From assembly GCF_963921235.1 (NCBI RefSeq), contig NC_086109.1, positions 20,648,001 through 20,712,000 of the forward strand: 64,000 nucleotides of DNA, given 5' to 3'. The notes below the pieces were generated by a model that saw only the letters and a program-made list of their open reading frames with translations, was not told the DNA's origin and made no database searches. Both the position numbers and the translations under genes were made by a program. This stretch comes from Mobula hypostoma (Eukaryota). This document shows positions 51,045-64,000 of this stretch, one piece after another (positions within the stretch are counted from its first letter, which is position 1; every line of letters begins with the position of its first letter).

Positions 51045-52195
51045 AACATAGAACAACACTGTACAGGCCCTTTGGCCAACCATATTGTGTCGACCTTTAA
51101 CCTATTCCCAGATCAATCTAACGCTTTCCTCCGCAACCCCTTCCATTTTACTCTCATCCATATGCTCATCTTGGAGTCTCTTAAATGTCCCTAATGTATT
51201 TGCCTCTACTACCACTCTGGCACTGCAATCCACCTGCCCACCACTCTAAAAAAAAAACAACTCTGACATTCCCCTATACTTCCCTCCAATCATCTTAAAA
51301 TTATGCCATTTCCACCCTGAGAAAAAGACACTGACTGTCCACTCTATCAATGCCTCTTATCATATTCTACACCTCTAATAAGTCACCCCTCATTCTTCTT
51401 CTCTTCAAAGAGAAACACCCTCTCTTGGTCAACCTTTCCTCACAAGACACTATCTCTAATCCAGGAAGCATCCTGGTCAATCTCCACTGCACCCTCCATA
51501 AAGCTTCCACATCCTTGCTATGATGAGGCAACCAGAACTGAACACATATTCCAAATGTAGTCTCACTAGGGTTTTATAGACCTGCAACATTTCCTCATGG
51601 CCTTGAGCTCGATCCCTGACTAATGAAGACCAACACACCTTTAAGCCTTCTTAAGCACCCTTATTAATTTGCGCAACAACTTTGAGGGATCTGTGGACGT
51701 TGACTCCATCGATACATCCCTCCACACTACTAAGAATCCTGCCATTAACCCTAAACTCTGCCTTCAAGTTTGACCTTTCAAAGTGCATCACTTCACACTT
51801 TTCCAGATTAAACTCCGTCTGCCACTTCTCAGCCCAGCTCTGAATCCTGTCAATGTCCTGTTGTAACCTACAACCACCATCTAAACTATCCACAATGCCA
51901 CCATCCTTCGTTTTATCCGCAAACTTACTAACCCATTCATCCATTTCAGCATCCTAGTCATTTATAAAAATCACAGAACACATCCACTGGTCACCGACCT
52001 CCAGGCAGAACATGCTCCATCTACTATCACCCTCAGCCTTCTGTGGGTGAGCCAATTCTGAATCCACACAGCCAAGTTTCCCTGGATCCCAAGCCCCAGG
52101 CTTTCAGAATGAACCTACCATGAGAAACATTGTCAAACAGCTTACTAAAATCCATATATATCATGTTCACTTCTCTACCTTCATCAATGCACATG
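51045..52195 (-). mobile_element. CR1 LINE 3' fragment including the RT end
   Basis: ORF 51651..51944 (SKFADKTK...LQQDIDRIQSWAEKWQTEFNLEKCEVMHF). (AGAACAT)n tail at the left end. Confidence 0.88.
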
Positions 52196-53684
52196 TCAAT
52201 GGGGATAAAATTTCAAGATACAACACAAAGATAAAAAAAAACCTTGGTGTTGATCATTTTCAAGGTGGTGATCAGATCACTACGCAATGTTTCCCTATCT
52301 AAAAAGAACAAACTTATATTTGTAACCATGTTCTTCTAATCCGCAGGGTATACCAGCAATTTTTTAGCACAGCAGGTTTTTTTTAAATTTCAGGTTTAAA
52401 GCCAATTAAGTACTTTTACACAAGTATTGTCATTAATGTAAGGAGATAACAAAATAGTAATACAGAAGTAAAAATAAATGATAATAAATCAACCTCCCCT
52501 TTTGTAAATTTTGCACTTTTCCCCCTTCTGATCTCGCTATTCTTTTTCTCCTTCAAGAAGCAGCCCAATAAGTGACCTTACTCCTTTTATAGAAATCCTT
52601 TTGCCACACTGCAGCAGACACCCTGCATTATTTCCATTCGTTTCTGCCAAGCTTTCGAAGGGAGGGAACAAAGATCGGCAACTTGCGAGACCAGCGTTTA
52701 ACCAGATAACTGCCAACCCCGGTTTAAATTTCATTAAACCTTAATGGTTTGCCACAAAATGGAAGCTATTCGGCCATGGATGTGGACGGCTCGAGTCCAA
52801 AACACTCTGTCGGAGCTGTACAAGAGATAAGCACATGGCTTGCACATTTTCCTGGTTCTATTTCGGTCAGCTCAAAATGAGCCCATTTTGAAATAGACGC
52901 CGCTGTGTACAAATGAATATTACACAACTCATTTATTTAATATATGCCTTCAGTCGCTGAGATTGCTCACTTAATAAAATAAAACTGCATTAAACGAATA
53001 TAAAGGAAAGGCTCCGTATTCGACGGCCAATACGTACAGGAAGAATCAGCGTTGAACATGTCTGGATCAGGGACGTCTTTCACTTTTCAAAAACCATCCG
53101 GCCGGAAGCTACAACCGAGGGGAGAGAAGGGAAAAAAATCGCCTTTATGCGAGACACCTTCTTTCTGTGCCACAGAAGCCTCCAGATCTTTCACGCAGGC
53201 ATAGGACTCTGGCGTCACACTTCTGAATAGCAATGTAAGAAAACCGAGCGAGATTGGACAAAGACTGCGAGAGAGGGAGGGAAAGAGATGACTGCTTTGC
53301 CATCCCACTCTTCAAGAGGCAGAGCCAAAAGTTCAGAGACTCCGTCTAACCTCGCTGCGAGAGAGAGAAAAAAAAAGTGTCTGGCAAAACAAGCCAAGGC
53401 AGTGACACGTATAGCGAAGCATTATCTGATACAGAAAGGAAAGAGTGTTGTGTAGGCAAGCCCATGACATTAAAACACACAAGCGGGAGGAAAGGACGCC
53501 GGGGCCACATTTACTGTGTGAATCTATCACACGAATAGCAGTCTGTCTCTTAGAATTGCTAATGCTGATTAAAGAGACCCTCTCAAATACTAGGATTCCA
53601 AGATACGAGTCATACTTGGAGATGCCCTAGACTAGCCAGACAAATGCTCAACTGGTCAAATTCCCCTCATTTAATAACTTGCAC

Positions 53685-54215
53685 AGGATGCTGATGAGGC
53701 CACATTCTGAACACTGTATTCAAGTTTGACCACCCTATTATAGGAATAATATGTTTAGGAGAATGTTGCTGAGATGTAAGGGACTGAGTTACGAAGAGAA
53801 GTTGAGCAGACCAGGGCTTTGTACATTGGGGCATTGGAGAATGAAGGGCGATATTATAAAGGGATATAAAATCAAGGGTGGTATTGATAAGGTGGCACTC
53901 AGTCTTTTCCCAGATTTGTACAATCCAGAACTAGAGGACATGGTTTATGGTGAGCAGGGAGAGATTTTATAGGAACCCAAATAGCAACTTTTTCCACCCA
54001 GAAGATGGTCATGTATGGAATCTGCTGCCAGATGAAGTTGTTAAGACAGGTACACTAAAAATATTTAAATAACACTTGGACAAGTAAATTGATAAGAAAG
54101 ATTTCAAGGGATATGAGCAAAATCCAGGCAAATAGGGCTAACTTAGAGGGGTGTCCTGGTCAGCATGGAGCAGTTGGAACAAAGGGCCTTTTTTCCATGC
54201 TATACAATTCCTTGA
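53685..54215 (+). mobile_element. CR1 LINE 3' fragment
   Basis: ORF 53751..53972 (GLSYEEKL...RMKGDIIKGYKI) followed by a CR1-type 3' UTR. Confidence 0.8.
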
Positions 54216-57200
54216 CAGAGTAATCAACTGGAAAAATCCTATAATTTAAAAACTTTTTAAAAATTAAATGTCCCTGCCATATTCTCCAATCTACAAACAT
54301 CCCATCTCTGAAAATAAGTGAAGTCTCTCATCTGAGATACAGTTCTGATAAATCTCAATCTCTATCTCTCCTAGAATTTTTTTTTAAATCTGGGAACACC
54401 AAATTGTGGTTTTGACAGTACTACACTGGCACCTAGACTAGATCTTGGATATTATCAGTAAAGATTCTAAAATCTATCAGTATACATTCCTGATGTACAA
54501 CATGCATTCCACAGACTTCATTAAGAAAGCCTGCATTTGCCATCCTTGCTGCTCTTGAGATCCACTTGGCACTGGGCCTCAGGGCACAATCAATACCAGA
54601 ATTTGACAATGACTATACATCTCAGATGCAGGAATGAGATACATTAGGATGAGAAACCCAGGGATCTTCGGGTCCAATCTACACTTCTGGTGCCCCAGAC
54701 CAGATCCAGGTCCATATCCAGCTCAAGGCCCAGGTGTCCTGCACAGGTGAGCCAAAATCAGATATTGTACAGACCAGAATATGACATTGCTAGCTGCATG
54801 ATTGGAAAACTATAGAGGAGCACTGGAGGTGAACAGCAAGAACTATGGCATGTCTTTAAAATGTCAGTGTCTGGTTATGTACTTAAAATAAAGCATGCTT
54901 CTCATGAGTGGCCCTCATAGGAAATTAGAATTGTAAATTTGGCCATTCCTATGAAAAAACAAAGCACTGCTGATAATCACCATGAAAACACATGGGAATA
55001 TTTCCTGATGGGACATACTACAGGCTGAGCTGCCACACTCCTGAAGTAGGAATAGTCAGTCCATATGGTACATCTGTGTTCATACACAAAGAATATCCAC
55101 ATAGGCAGGCAACATTTGGAAAGTCATTTACCAACATCATTATCATTGCAAAAAGAAGGAGAAAATAAAATTTGAAGGAAATGAACCAATCCCATTTTGT
55201 TTACTTAAATTTAAAAGTATCACTTAGATAGACAGTTAGAAACATCTCCTAAAATTATCTTCTTTTGCAGCTGTTGATTTCATGATAGACAGCTGACAGC
55301 AAAAGGAAAACCAATTCGTTAATGCGTGATCTGACCCACAGATTTTGGTTACTGTGACATAGATACTGATAATGTTCTACAAGATAACGTACAACAGATT
55401 ACCAAGAACCAGAAATTTTTAAATAGACCCACAAAGTACAATCTACTTGAATTTTTAAATGCATTCAAACCGTGTAATTGGACACATCAATGGCTCCTCA
55501 GCAGTGGCTGCTTTACTTGAAGCAATAAAGTTAATTAAATTTAGAATTAGTGGTGACTGTTAATTTCACATGTAGAGCTGATCATGGAACCACAAACTTA
55601 TACGTGCAGGGCATCCATCAGACCATCTACCGGAACAAGCTGACTCATTGCGTTGACCTCTCTATTGTACTCTCAGTCTAGGTGTCCTGCAACCTGATCT
55701 CCTCCAAATATAATTTTTTTTTAAATATGCAACATTCGTGGCACTCATTATTCCTTGTGGCATATTGGATTTATTTTAATTCCTTATTGTCCACAATTTG
55801 AAACTGTTAATATTATCCCTCCATCTCAAAAATCTACCCACATTCATTCCATGATCAAGTTTAAAATTAAAATAATTAAGAATTTGTTTTAAAAATGGAA
55901 TGCAAGTAGAACATTTATGATAGTCTAAATTGCTAACCCCAGGATTAAACCAACATGCAGTTATACAGATGTTTGTGTGATATGTTTATAGTTGTTAGAA
56001 TTAATCATGATCTGACTGAGGGATACAAAATCTCATATCATGTTGAAATAAATCCAGGATTGGAACATAAAATTTACGTATGCCAATATTGAACACAACA
56101 GGACAAAGCCTTCAGGCTGGACTTCACATGACCATTGCTCATCATCACCCTCACCAACAGTGTGTAAAACTTAATGCCCTTCCTCCATATAAGTAAGCAG
56201 CAAATCTAATATCCACTCCATCAGCAAGATCCTTCTACTTTCCTGTCCAAAACATTGCCCAGATTTATGTTTATCAAACTTCTGTTAGTGAATTTATGTT
56301 CATACATTTCTTACTATTTGATATCAATTGTCCAGTGCCCATTCAAATTATACCTGCTTGAGTCCAGACTGAGATTTGATCGACATCTCAAGACTCACTA
56401 ATCACAATTTGCACTTTTTCTCCCAAAACATAATCCAAGTTCTTACAATTTTAAGACATCCCTCCAAGGTATAAAATGGATTACCATGGACGCTGCCGCT
56501 TTCATTACAAGCTTCCACCATTGTTCTCTGAAGTTCTTTCTATTTTCTTTACCTTGACCATCTCTTCTAGCCTTCAATAATATCCCCAAGAATAACCTTT
56601 AGTCAGTCCCTAACCCTAATATTTAATTTTGCAAAACACAGTCTTTCAAACATCTATACCAAAAGTTGCCAGAAATTTTTCATTCTGTTTCCTTCTCCAT
56701 TCCTCCAGTCTGATCTTCTCAGAAGAATGCTACCTTGTTGCTCCTTCCAAATGCACCCTATATTTCTGTATCTATTGATGCTGATGTTCTGTGCTCCCCT
56801 GCACGTGTTCTAAAGTCTATTACTATCAATTGGGACTGTTACAAGACTTAGTGCACGCTTGAGAAATACAACTTCATCCTCCACTTGTGTGTGTTGCAGC
56901 CTCCCAGATTCAGTTTCATAATACAAAATTTCAGATAACTCACCTTCTCTCTCAAACTAGCCATTTCCATTGTACATCATCCATCTTTATGTGATATTAG
57001 CTCAATTTTTCTTTGCCCAACAGCATAGTCTGACCTGTTGGGCATTTTGCAACAGTCTACTTCCCTTTATCTGCATTATCATTCTGTAACAGCCATCTTT
57101 AACCATTGACCTCTCCTTGTCCCATGACAATCGCAATCAACTTAAGCCTGACCTAATCACCAATATTCCCCTTTGTCATAGCTATCCATGCCAGTCTTAT

Positions 57201-59027
57201 CCATAACTACAACTAACTTGATTTTTCTTTCTCAATTCCAATGAAAGGTCTTTGACCTAAAACATTAACTGTTTCTCTATCCACAGTTGCTACTTGGCGA
57301 TGTTTCCAGTATTTTCTGAAAACAAAAGTATATTTATTGACCAACTACCACATTGTACTCAGTGTTTACTTACTTTGTTAGATGACCTTTCATTGGTAAA
57401 CAAACTTGCGGACTTAAGTAGCTAATGAAAACAGATCAGAGAAACCTTGCCCACTTTTGGCCTCTATTCAATTGATCTATATCAAAACCGGAGTTATCTG
57501 CATTTACATTGCACCCATCTTGTTTTAAGCACAAGAATTTGGCTCACTGCCAACTGCATGAAGTAAGTTTATAGCTGGCATGTGCAAACACAGCTACAAT
57601 TTGTCCAAGAGGTCTGATAAACACAAATCAGATGGATGACCTTTAATTATTTTGGTGGCCAGGAGAATGGAAAAATTCTTTGATGTTTCCCTCACAAATA
57701 GTGTCATTGAATCTTTAACATTCCTTCCAAAAGAAAATGATATCTTCATCCATGCACCATAATGGCATACTAGTATTTTGTCGGGCTCAAAAGGAATCTT
57801 ATACTGTCTGCCTCCATAATCTGATCCCGCCCACCTTTTTATATTGCTTTTCAAAGCTTTATTATTGCAAAGATTCCTAATGTCTATCATTTCCCCCAAC
57901 TTAGCAATTATATTAAGTAATCACAATGCTCAACAGATAGTCCTAGAAATTATATTAGCATACTCCATTTAATTTCCTTCATAGATATGCTCCCTTAGCT
58001 GCACAAAACTCAACATTGCATTCCAGTTTTATTTTCAAAACAGCCAGAGTACAAGTTATTCCCACCTGGGAACCACTCTAAGTTGGTTCTCTTTGTTATC
58101 AAGTAAAATTTTGTATTTGGTCTAAAATTCAAACTGTTTCTTTTCCTAGGTATAGGCACTTTAAAACTTAGAACTTCCTCCACACAAATCTCAAAAGATC
58201 TCACTTTTTCTGTTTGCTTCTCTTCCCAAGTACTCCCTTAAATAAGAGATGTGACATTAAAAAAAACAGACAAAGTTGAGAAAGGACAAAGTACAGAAGG
58301 CCACAAAAATATGTACGATAAAAAGAAAACCAGAGGGATAAAGGAAATGTTTGAAAGACAAGAATCTTAGTACTTTCAGCATAATAAAATGTCCAGAGGA
58401 GCTCCACAAAAGCATCAACAAACAAAATCTGACATCATAAGTTGCTATAATATGGCAAGCATGAGTCTGAAAGAGCGTGGTGAAGGAGGGGAAAAATATA
58501 ACTGGATAAGGTTTTAGTATGAGACACAGTAGGAATAAAAAGTGGACTTTTTTTATTATTCTTGGGACACTATTTATTGCCATTTCTTGAGCATCCTGAG
58601 AAGATGGTGATCCATTGTCTTCTTTCAAAGTTTTGAATGGATTCAAAATCAGCTGAGTTGAAAGGCCAGAAATTGGCCAGGAATAACACAAGCTGAAAAT
58701 AATAAAGGCATGTATAAGGATTTAAGCCAATGGGCAAAGTAATTCACATTACAATGGGAGAACCAGGATAGGTTCATGATTGAGAGAATGTAGATTTTTT
58801 TAATATGAACCTAATTTTTCAAATGTGATCTCATTAGCCCTCAGTTAACTTCAAAATGACCTATTCTGACTACCTAAAGGCACAGTGATCTCTACCTTTA
58901 AGTAACACACCCATACATTGCAGTACATTGCTATCCTTTTTTTTACAAAAGCAATTATGGAAGATATTGTTAATGTACAACAAAATGATAAAAATATAAA
59001 TTATTCTTTCTGAATCCAATTACCTTT

Positions 59028-59540
59028 CTCAGTGGTCACTTTATTAGGCACCTCATGTACAGTACCTGTACTAATAAAGTGGCCACTGATTGTACACTCA
59101 TGGTCTTCTGCTGCTGTAGCCCATCCACTTCAAGGTTCAACATGTTATATGTTCGGAGATGCTCTTTTGCACACCACTGCAGTAACCTGTGGTTACTTGA
59201 GTTACTGCCACCTTCCTGTCAGCTTGACATTCTCCGCTGACATCTCTCATTAACAAGGCATTTTCACCCACAGAGCTGGACTAAATGCTTTTTTAGTTTC
59301 TCACACCATTCTCTGTAAACTCTAGAGACTGCTGAGTGTGTAAATCCCAGGAGACCAGCAGTTTTTGATATATTCAAACCACCCCATCCAACACCAACAA
59401 TCATTCCACAGTCAAAGTCACTTCGATCACAATACTTCTCCATTCTGTTTTCTCTGAACAACAACTGATTTCTTGACCATGTCTGCATGCTTTTATGCAC
59501 TTAATTACTGCCATGATTGGCTGATTAGATATTTGCATCG
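59028..59540 (-). mobile_element. Tc1/mariner non-autonomous element, same family as 32418-32974
   Basis: Reverse-complement similarity to 32418-32974. ORF 59264..59500 contains SDFDCGMIVG. Short TIR-derived palindrome at 59028-59090. Confidence 0.8.
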
Positions 59541-59799
59541 AGAAACAACTGGCCTTAGCATTTCAAATGATCTCAAGAAAGCTTGGCTTTCTCAAGCAGT
59601 CAATGAATTTACTAATTTCCAAAATCTACATACAGAATAATAAACTGTAAATTGGTTTATTGCTTATTTGCCATGGATCAACGTTTTCCAGCAGTGTCCG
59701 TCACTAGCCAGCTGTTGCCACTCATTGACCTCGATATTTTAAAAAATTTATTCATTTTACCTGATGTGGGCATTGCCAGCTAAGAAAAGGGGAAGTAAG

Positions 59800-60225
59800 G
59801 TAGTGCAAAAAAACCAAGAGGCAGGTCCGGATATTTGGAGGGTATGGCTCAGATCCGGGTCAGGATCTGTTCAGCAGTCTTATCATAGTTGGAAAGAAAC
59901 TGTTCCCAAATCTGGCCGTACGAGTCTTCAAGCTCCTGAGCCTTCTCCCAGAGGGAAGAGGGATGAAAAGTGTGTTGGCTGAGTGGGTCGTGTCCTTGAT
60001 TATCCTGGCAGCACTACTCCGATAGCGTGCGGTGTAAAGTGAGTCCAAGGATGGAAGATTGGTTTGTGTGATGTGCTGGGCTGTGTTCACGATCTTCTGC
60101 AGCTTCTTCTGGTCTTGGGCAGGACAACTTCCATACCAGGTTGTGATGCAACCCAGAAGAATGCTCTCTATGGTGCATCTATAAAAATTAGTGAGGGTTT
60201 TAGGGGACAGACCAAATTTCCTTCT
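59800..60225 (-). mobile_element. Rex1/Babar-like LINE 3' fragment
   Basis: ORF 59860..60270 (LTNFYRCTIESIL...LPSGRRLRSLKTRTARFGNSFFP). Confidence 0.88.
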
Positions 60226-61377
60226 GTGAAACATTTCTCTAAAGTTGCTCATAGCAAGAGGTTTGCACAAAATTTAATTTGCTGGATCTCAAATATAGGC
60301 ATAAACAAATTTTATAATATGGTCCTAATCAATTTCTATAGAAATTAATGCTATTTAAAAACTGTTCATTCAAAGCATGGTCTTGTGTCTAATGGCCAAG
60401 CTAGTGACTGACACTAGTTAGAAACTGTTTGGCAACAGTCTCCTGCCCCAATTAAGCAGCGCAGTGTCCCACATAAATGAAGGGACTCCAGCTATTTTCT
60501 CCATTCGTTTTTGTTCTTTAAGTCATCCCAAATAAACAGCCACATTAACTAACCGATGGCCCAATTAACGAGAATCCACTGTGTGCATGAAACAATTATA
60601 TACTGTATTACACTACCTTCAGTTCCAGTGTGTTATAATGTCTTCTGAGAAATATTTCATGGAGCTGGTCAGATAATTAAATATTAAAGAGCAATTAAGA
60701 TACCATGCCAGAGAAGAAATAAGTGTGCATGAAACTGAATGAATCATGCATGCATCTTATGAATATTTCAGAACAAGAAACAAGCTGCGGAGGACCTTAA
60801 TGGGTCAAGGAGGCAAAGGGATGGTCGACATTTCAGGTCAAAAACTTGCATCAGGATTTTTGAATATCCTATGTGCCAAGAGATACAAAATAATCAAGTC
60901 AATGAAATAATCAACCACAAGATTTGTCAGAAAGTAACTACAATTCACAAGAGCAGCAGTGTTCCGCCAATAAGGCTGACTGCAACCTAACCCCTTGTAT
61001 AAATCTTTGTCTGCTTTAATACTAGGATTAATACAAAAAACTCCAAATTATAATCAACAATCCACATTTCTATCACCCACTTTGTATAGAGACATTTGCT
61101 ACAAGGCCTGGTACTGATAGTTTTTAGGACAATATTTACTGCGTACTTCTTAGTCAAGCTTACTTTTCGTCATATACATTTTGGTTGGGGGCTGTGATTG
61201 CAAAACTGGCAATGAGGCTAATGGATGGGGGTGGGGGATTTCCACACTGTTTACAAGAGGACGAGGTAATAAATTCAAGGGGAGAATTTTCATCTAATGC
61301 ATGTGAAGAGGGCAAACATGTCAAAGAAATGCACAATAAATGGCAGGATGCTAAAGAGCATCTAAGAATAATGTTAC

Positions 61378-61545
61378 AAACACGAAAAAGTCTGCAGCTG
61401 CTGAAAATTCAAAGCAACATAAACAAAACGCTAGACTCTACTGACTAGAGGAACACAGCAGGTTAGGCAGCATCTATGGAAAAGAGTACACAATTAATGT
61501 TTTGGGGCAAGACCCTTCTACAGGACTGCATTTTGTGTGTGTTGT
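61378..61545. mobile_element. Degenerate Penelope tail
   Basis: aaacacgaaaaagtctgcagctgctg...ggcagcatctatggaaaagag...gacccttc. Similar remnants at about 3660, 13980, 24470, 33670 and 60775. Confidence 0.65.
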
Positions 61546-63114
61546 AAGAATGATGTTATTTTGGAATGCATGTTGGAAGATCCCTAAAGATAAATGGAAC
61601 AAAGTGAATATGGAATACCTGTCATTACCAACTGAGACATGGAAGAAAACACAGACAAAACATGACAGAACAATCGTAAGACCACAGATATATCGCAAGG
61701 GCTGGAGAATTATAGTTACCAGGAAAGACCAGGTTGGTTTAATTGTGTGTAACATGGCTAGACAAGGTACCCATTTTACTTGGATATTATTTGATAAACA
61801 GAGGCAAGTCAAATAACAGAAGAATTAGAGAAAAAAAACTTCACAACTTAGTGTAGTGGATATTTAGATATCTCAGTACTAAAGGATGGTAACGTAGGAG
61901 TCTGAAAACAATGCGAAAAAGGCAAAAAGAACTTGCAAAGTTTGAACCTATAATGCTTCAGACGAAAAGCCTGGAAGTAGAAGTAGTGTATAGATTCCTT
62001 TCCAGCCAACAAAAACAGTAATTTCCATAATATTCCTTTAAGTTCCCTGAATATCTTAAAAGTTTTCAATCGAATTCTCAAAGATACAAGAAATACAACT
62101 CACCTCTCAGCCATCCTATATCCCTCTCTTTCCACCACATTCTAAATGCTTTCTCCACCTCTCAGTCCCCACACTCAAATCCACCCCCACTGCTCTCTTC
62201 CCTTCTCCCTAAATTCACATCCATCTGCTCCAGACAACAATCCCCTATTCTTCTGTTCCCTTCCCCACTGGTGCCCCCATCCCTACCACACCTTGGCCTC
62301 TTCATTCCTCCCAACCACCACCACCACTCTCAGCAGTGACTGCTGTGTGATTTGGCTCCCCTTGATTCAATTGCAACCCAAGGTCGAAAGGCCATTTGGT
62401 CCTATCTTGTCATTCAATGAAGAAAATAAACACTTTCTTAATTTATCATTACTGAATCATGAATCGCTAATATTTTTGATTTTAATATCCTATCAGAAAC
62501 AAACTTCCAAATAATAATCAGATTTTCTTGACAATCCTCTATGGTCTCTGTAATTGCCCAATTCTGGCTTCTGACAAATTCCTACTTTAAATTTTTCTAT
62601 CAGCAGTGGCCCTGCTTTCAGCTACCTGGGCTCAAAGCTCTGAAATATTTTCCTACATAATATATCTCATGTAGGAAAATACCTTGTACGATGGATTTCA
62701 AAAACAGATTGATGGTATTTATGCAAAACTGGGACATTTTAATACATCACTGTGAGCTTTGTATTTCTACATTGTTAATGCCATTTCATAGAATCATACA
62801 ACATGGGAAGATGCCATTTAGCCCATTAACACAAATGAGTTGTTATTTATTCCAAGTTGGTCTCTAACCACTTTTTGTCTATGTCCATATGTTCTACTAT
62901 AATTGCTTGACTTGCTTTAGCGATTCAGAATCTGCTTGTAACATTCTATTGTTATGGATACAAACTAGTATCATTGTATGACAAGTTTCTACTCACAAGA
63001 AGAAATAAATAATTAAAACCCAAGACAGCATTACTCACATTTTCAGCAGCCAGGATATCTACAACTGATCAATATCCCACTGTATTCTTTGCCAGTCTTT
63101 GATACCATCCACAA

Positions 63115-64000
63115 CCCCGCTTTTCGAACGTTCGCTTTACGAAACCTCACTGTTATGAAAGACCCACATTAGTACCCTGTTTTCACTTTCAGAAGGTGAT
63201 TTCACTATTACGAAGAGAGGCAGCTCACGATAAAAAATCAGCACGATAAAAGGCAGCGCGCGCCCCGAGCAGCCGCTCTGCCCCGGATTCGGAACGGCAT
63301 TGCTGAAACACGTTGCATTGAGCGGCCGTTAGCAAGATGAGTTCTAAGGTGTCGGAAAAGCCTGAAAGAGTAAGGGTGTTACACTTAGCATAAAACTAGA
63401 CATAATTAAGCATTTCTATCGTGGTGAATGAAGCAAGGACAAAGTGAGTTAGGCTTGTGGAAGTTGACGAAGATGATGTTGAAGAGGTTTTAGCATCCCA
63501 TGACCAAGAACTGATAGATGAAGAGTTGATGCAATTGGAAGAGGAAAGGATAACAATTGAAACTGAATGCAGAAAGTGAAGCAACTGCGTGAGATTTTCG
63601 CTGCAATGATAAAGTACGACTTTAATTTTGAAAGGGTACGTAGGTTTAGGGGATATTTGCAGGATGGTTTGAGTGCTTACAAACAACTGTATGATAGAAA
63701 AATGCGCGAGGCTCAGCAGTCAAGCAAGCCTTCCACATCAGCCACAGCAGACGACGAACCTCAACTTTCAACATCGAGGCGGGCAGTCATAGGAGAAGAT
63801 GAGCTGCCTGCCCTGATCGACGATGAGATGACACCCCCGTGTCCCACCACCCCAACACCCGGGCCCCGGACGATACTCTACCAATTCGCAAAGAACGCAG
63901 TGGTAGCCAGGAGGCACACAGCACATCTTTAAGAAAAAAGCTGAAATAAACATGCTAATTAATTAGGTGCCGCCTAGCACGTAATTGTCGGCCCAGATCA
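63115..64000 (+). mobile_element. Tigger/pogo deletion derivative, second copy of 35162-36809, cut by the window edge
   Basis: Colinear with about 35169-36088, including the same HTH-to-C-terminus junction. Confidence 0.9.

Noticed and set aside
62098..62145. Strong donor GAG|GTGAGT with upstream ATGs as ST7L exon 1
   Set aside because: The MAE-starting frame ends in phase 2, which is incompatible. The phase-1 frame (MWWKERDIGWLR) lies in low-complexity purine-rich sequence and has no ST7 similarity.

Overview
Eukaryotic, AT-rich, repeat-dense vertebrate DNA. The repeat set (CR1, Rex1/Babar, Penelope-like elements with hammerhead tails, V-SINE and Deu-domain SINEs) suggests a cartilaginous fish; this is an inference. 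The only host gene I can support is an ST7-family gene, most likely ST7L, on the minus strand. Five phase-consistent GT-AG coding exons lie at 24291-24373, 7831-7993, 4588-4642, 3416-3531 and 358-436. The gene continues past the left edge and its first coding exon was not identified, so most of 24.4-64 kb is probably one long first intron. The introns hold a full-length, lightly damaged L1, a non-autonomous Gypsy element with PNMA-like gag and unequal LTRs, Penelope elements and short hammerhead-bearing derivatives (some fold-back, with TSDs), Tigger/pogo and Tc1 derivatives, many LINE/SINE fragments and a minisatellite. The best leads are a candidate 19-nt, sterically mutually exclusive microexon, an AG|GTAAGT recursive-splice-like site, and hammerhead ribozyme mini-elements in the sense orientation of the host pre-mRNA. 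I see no evidence for a wholly new protein-coding system. Family names and paralogue comparisons are from recall, not from database searches.
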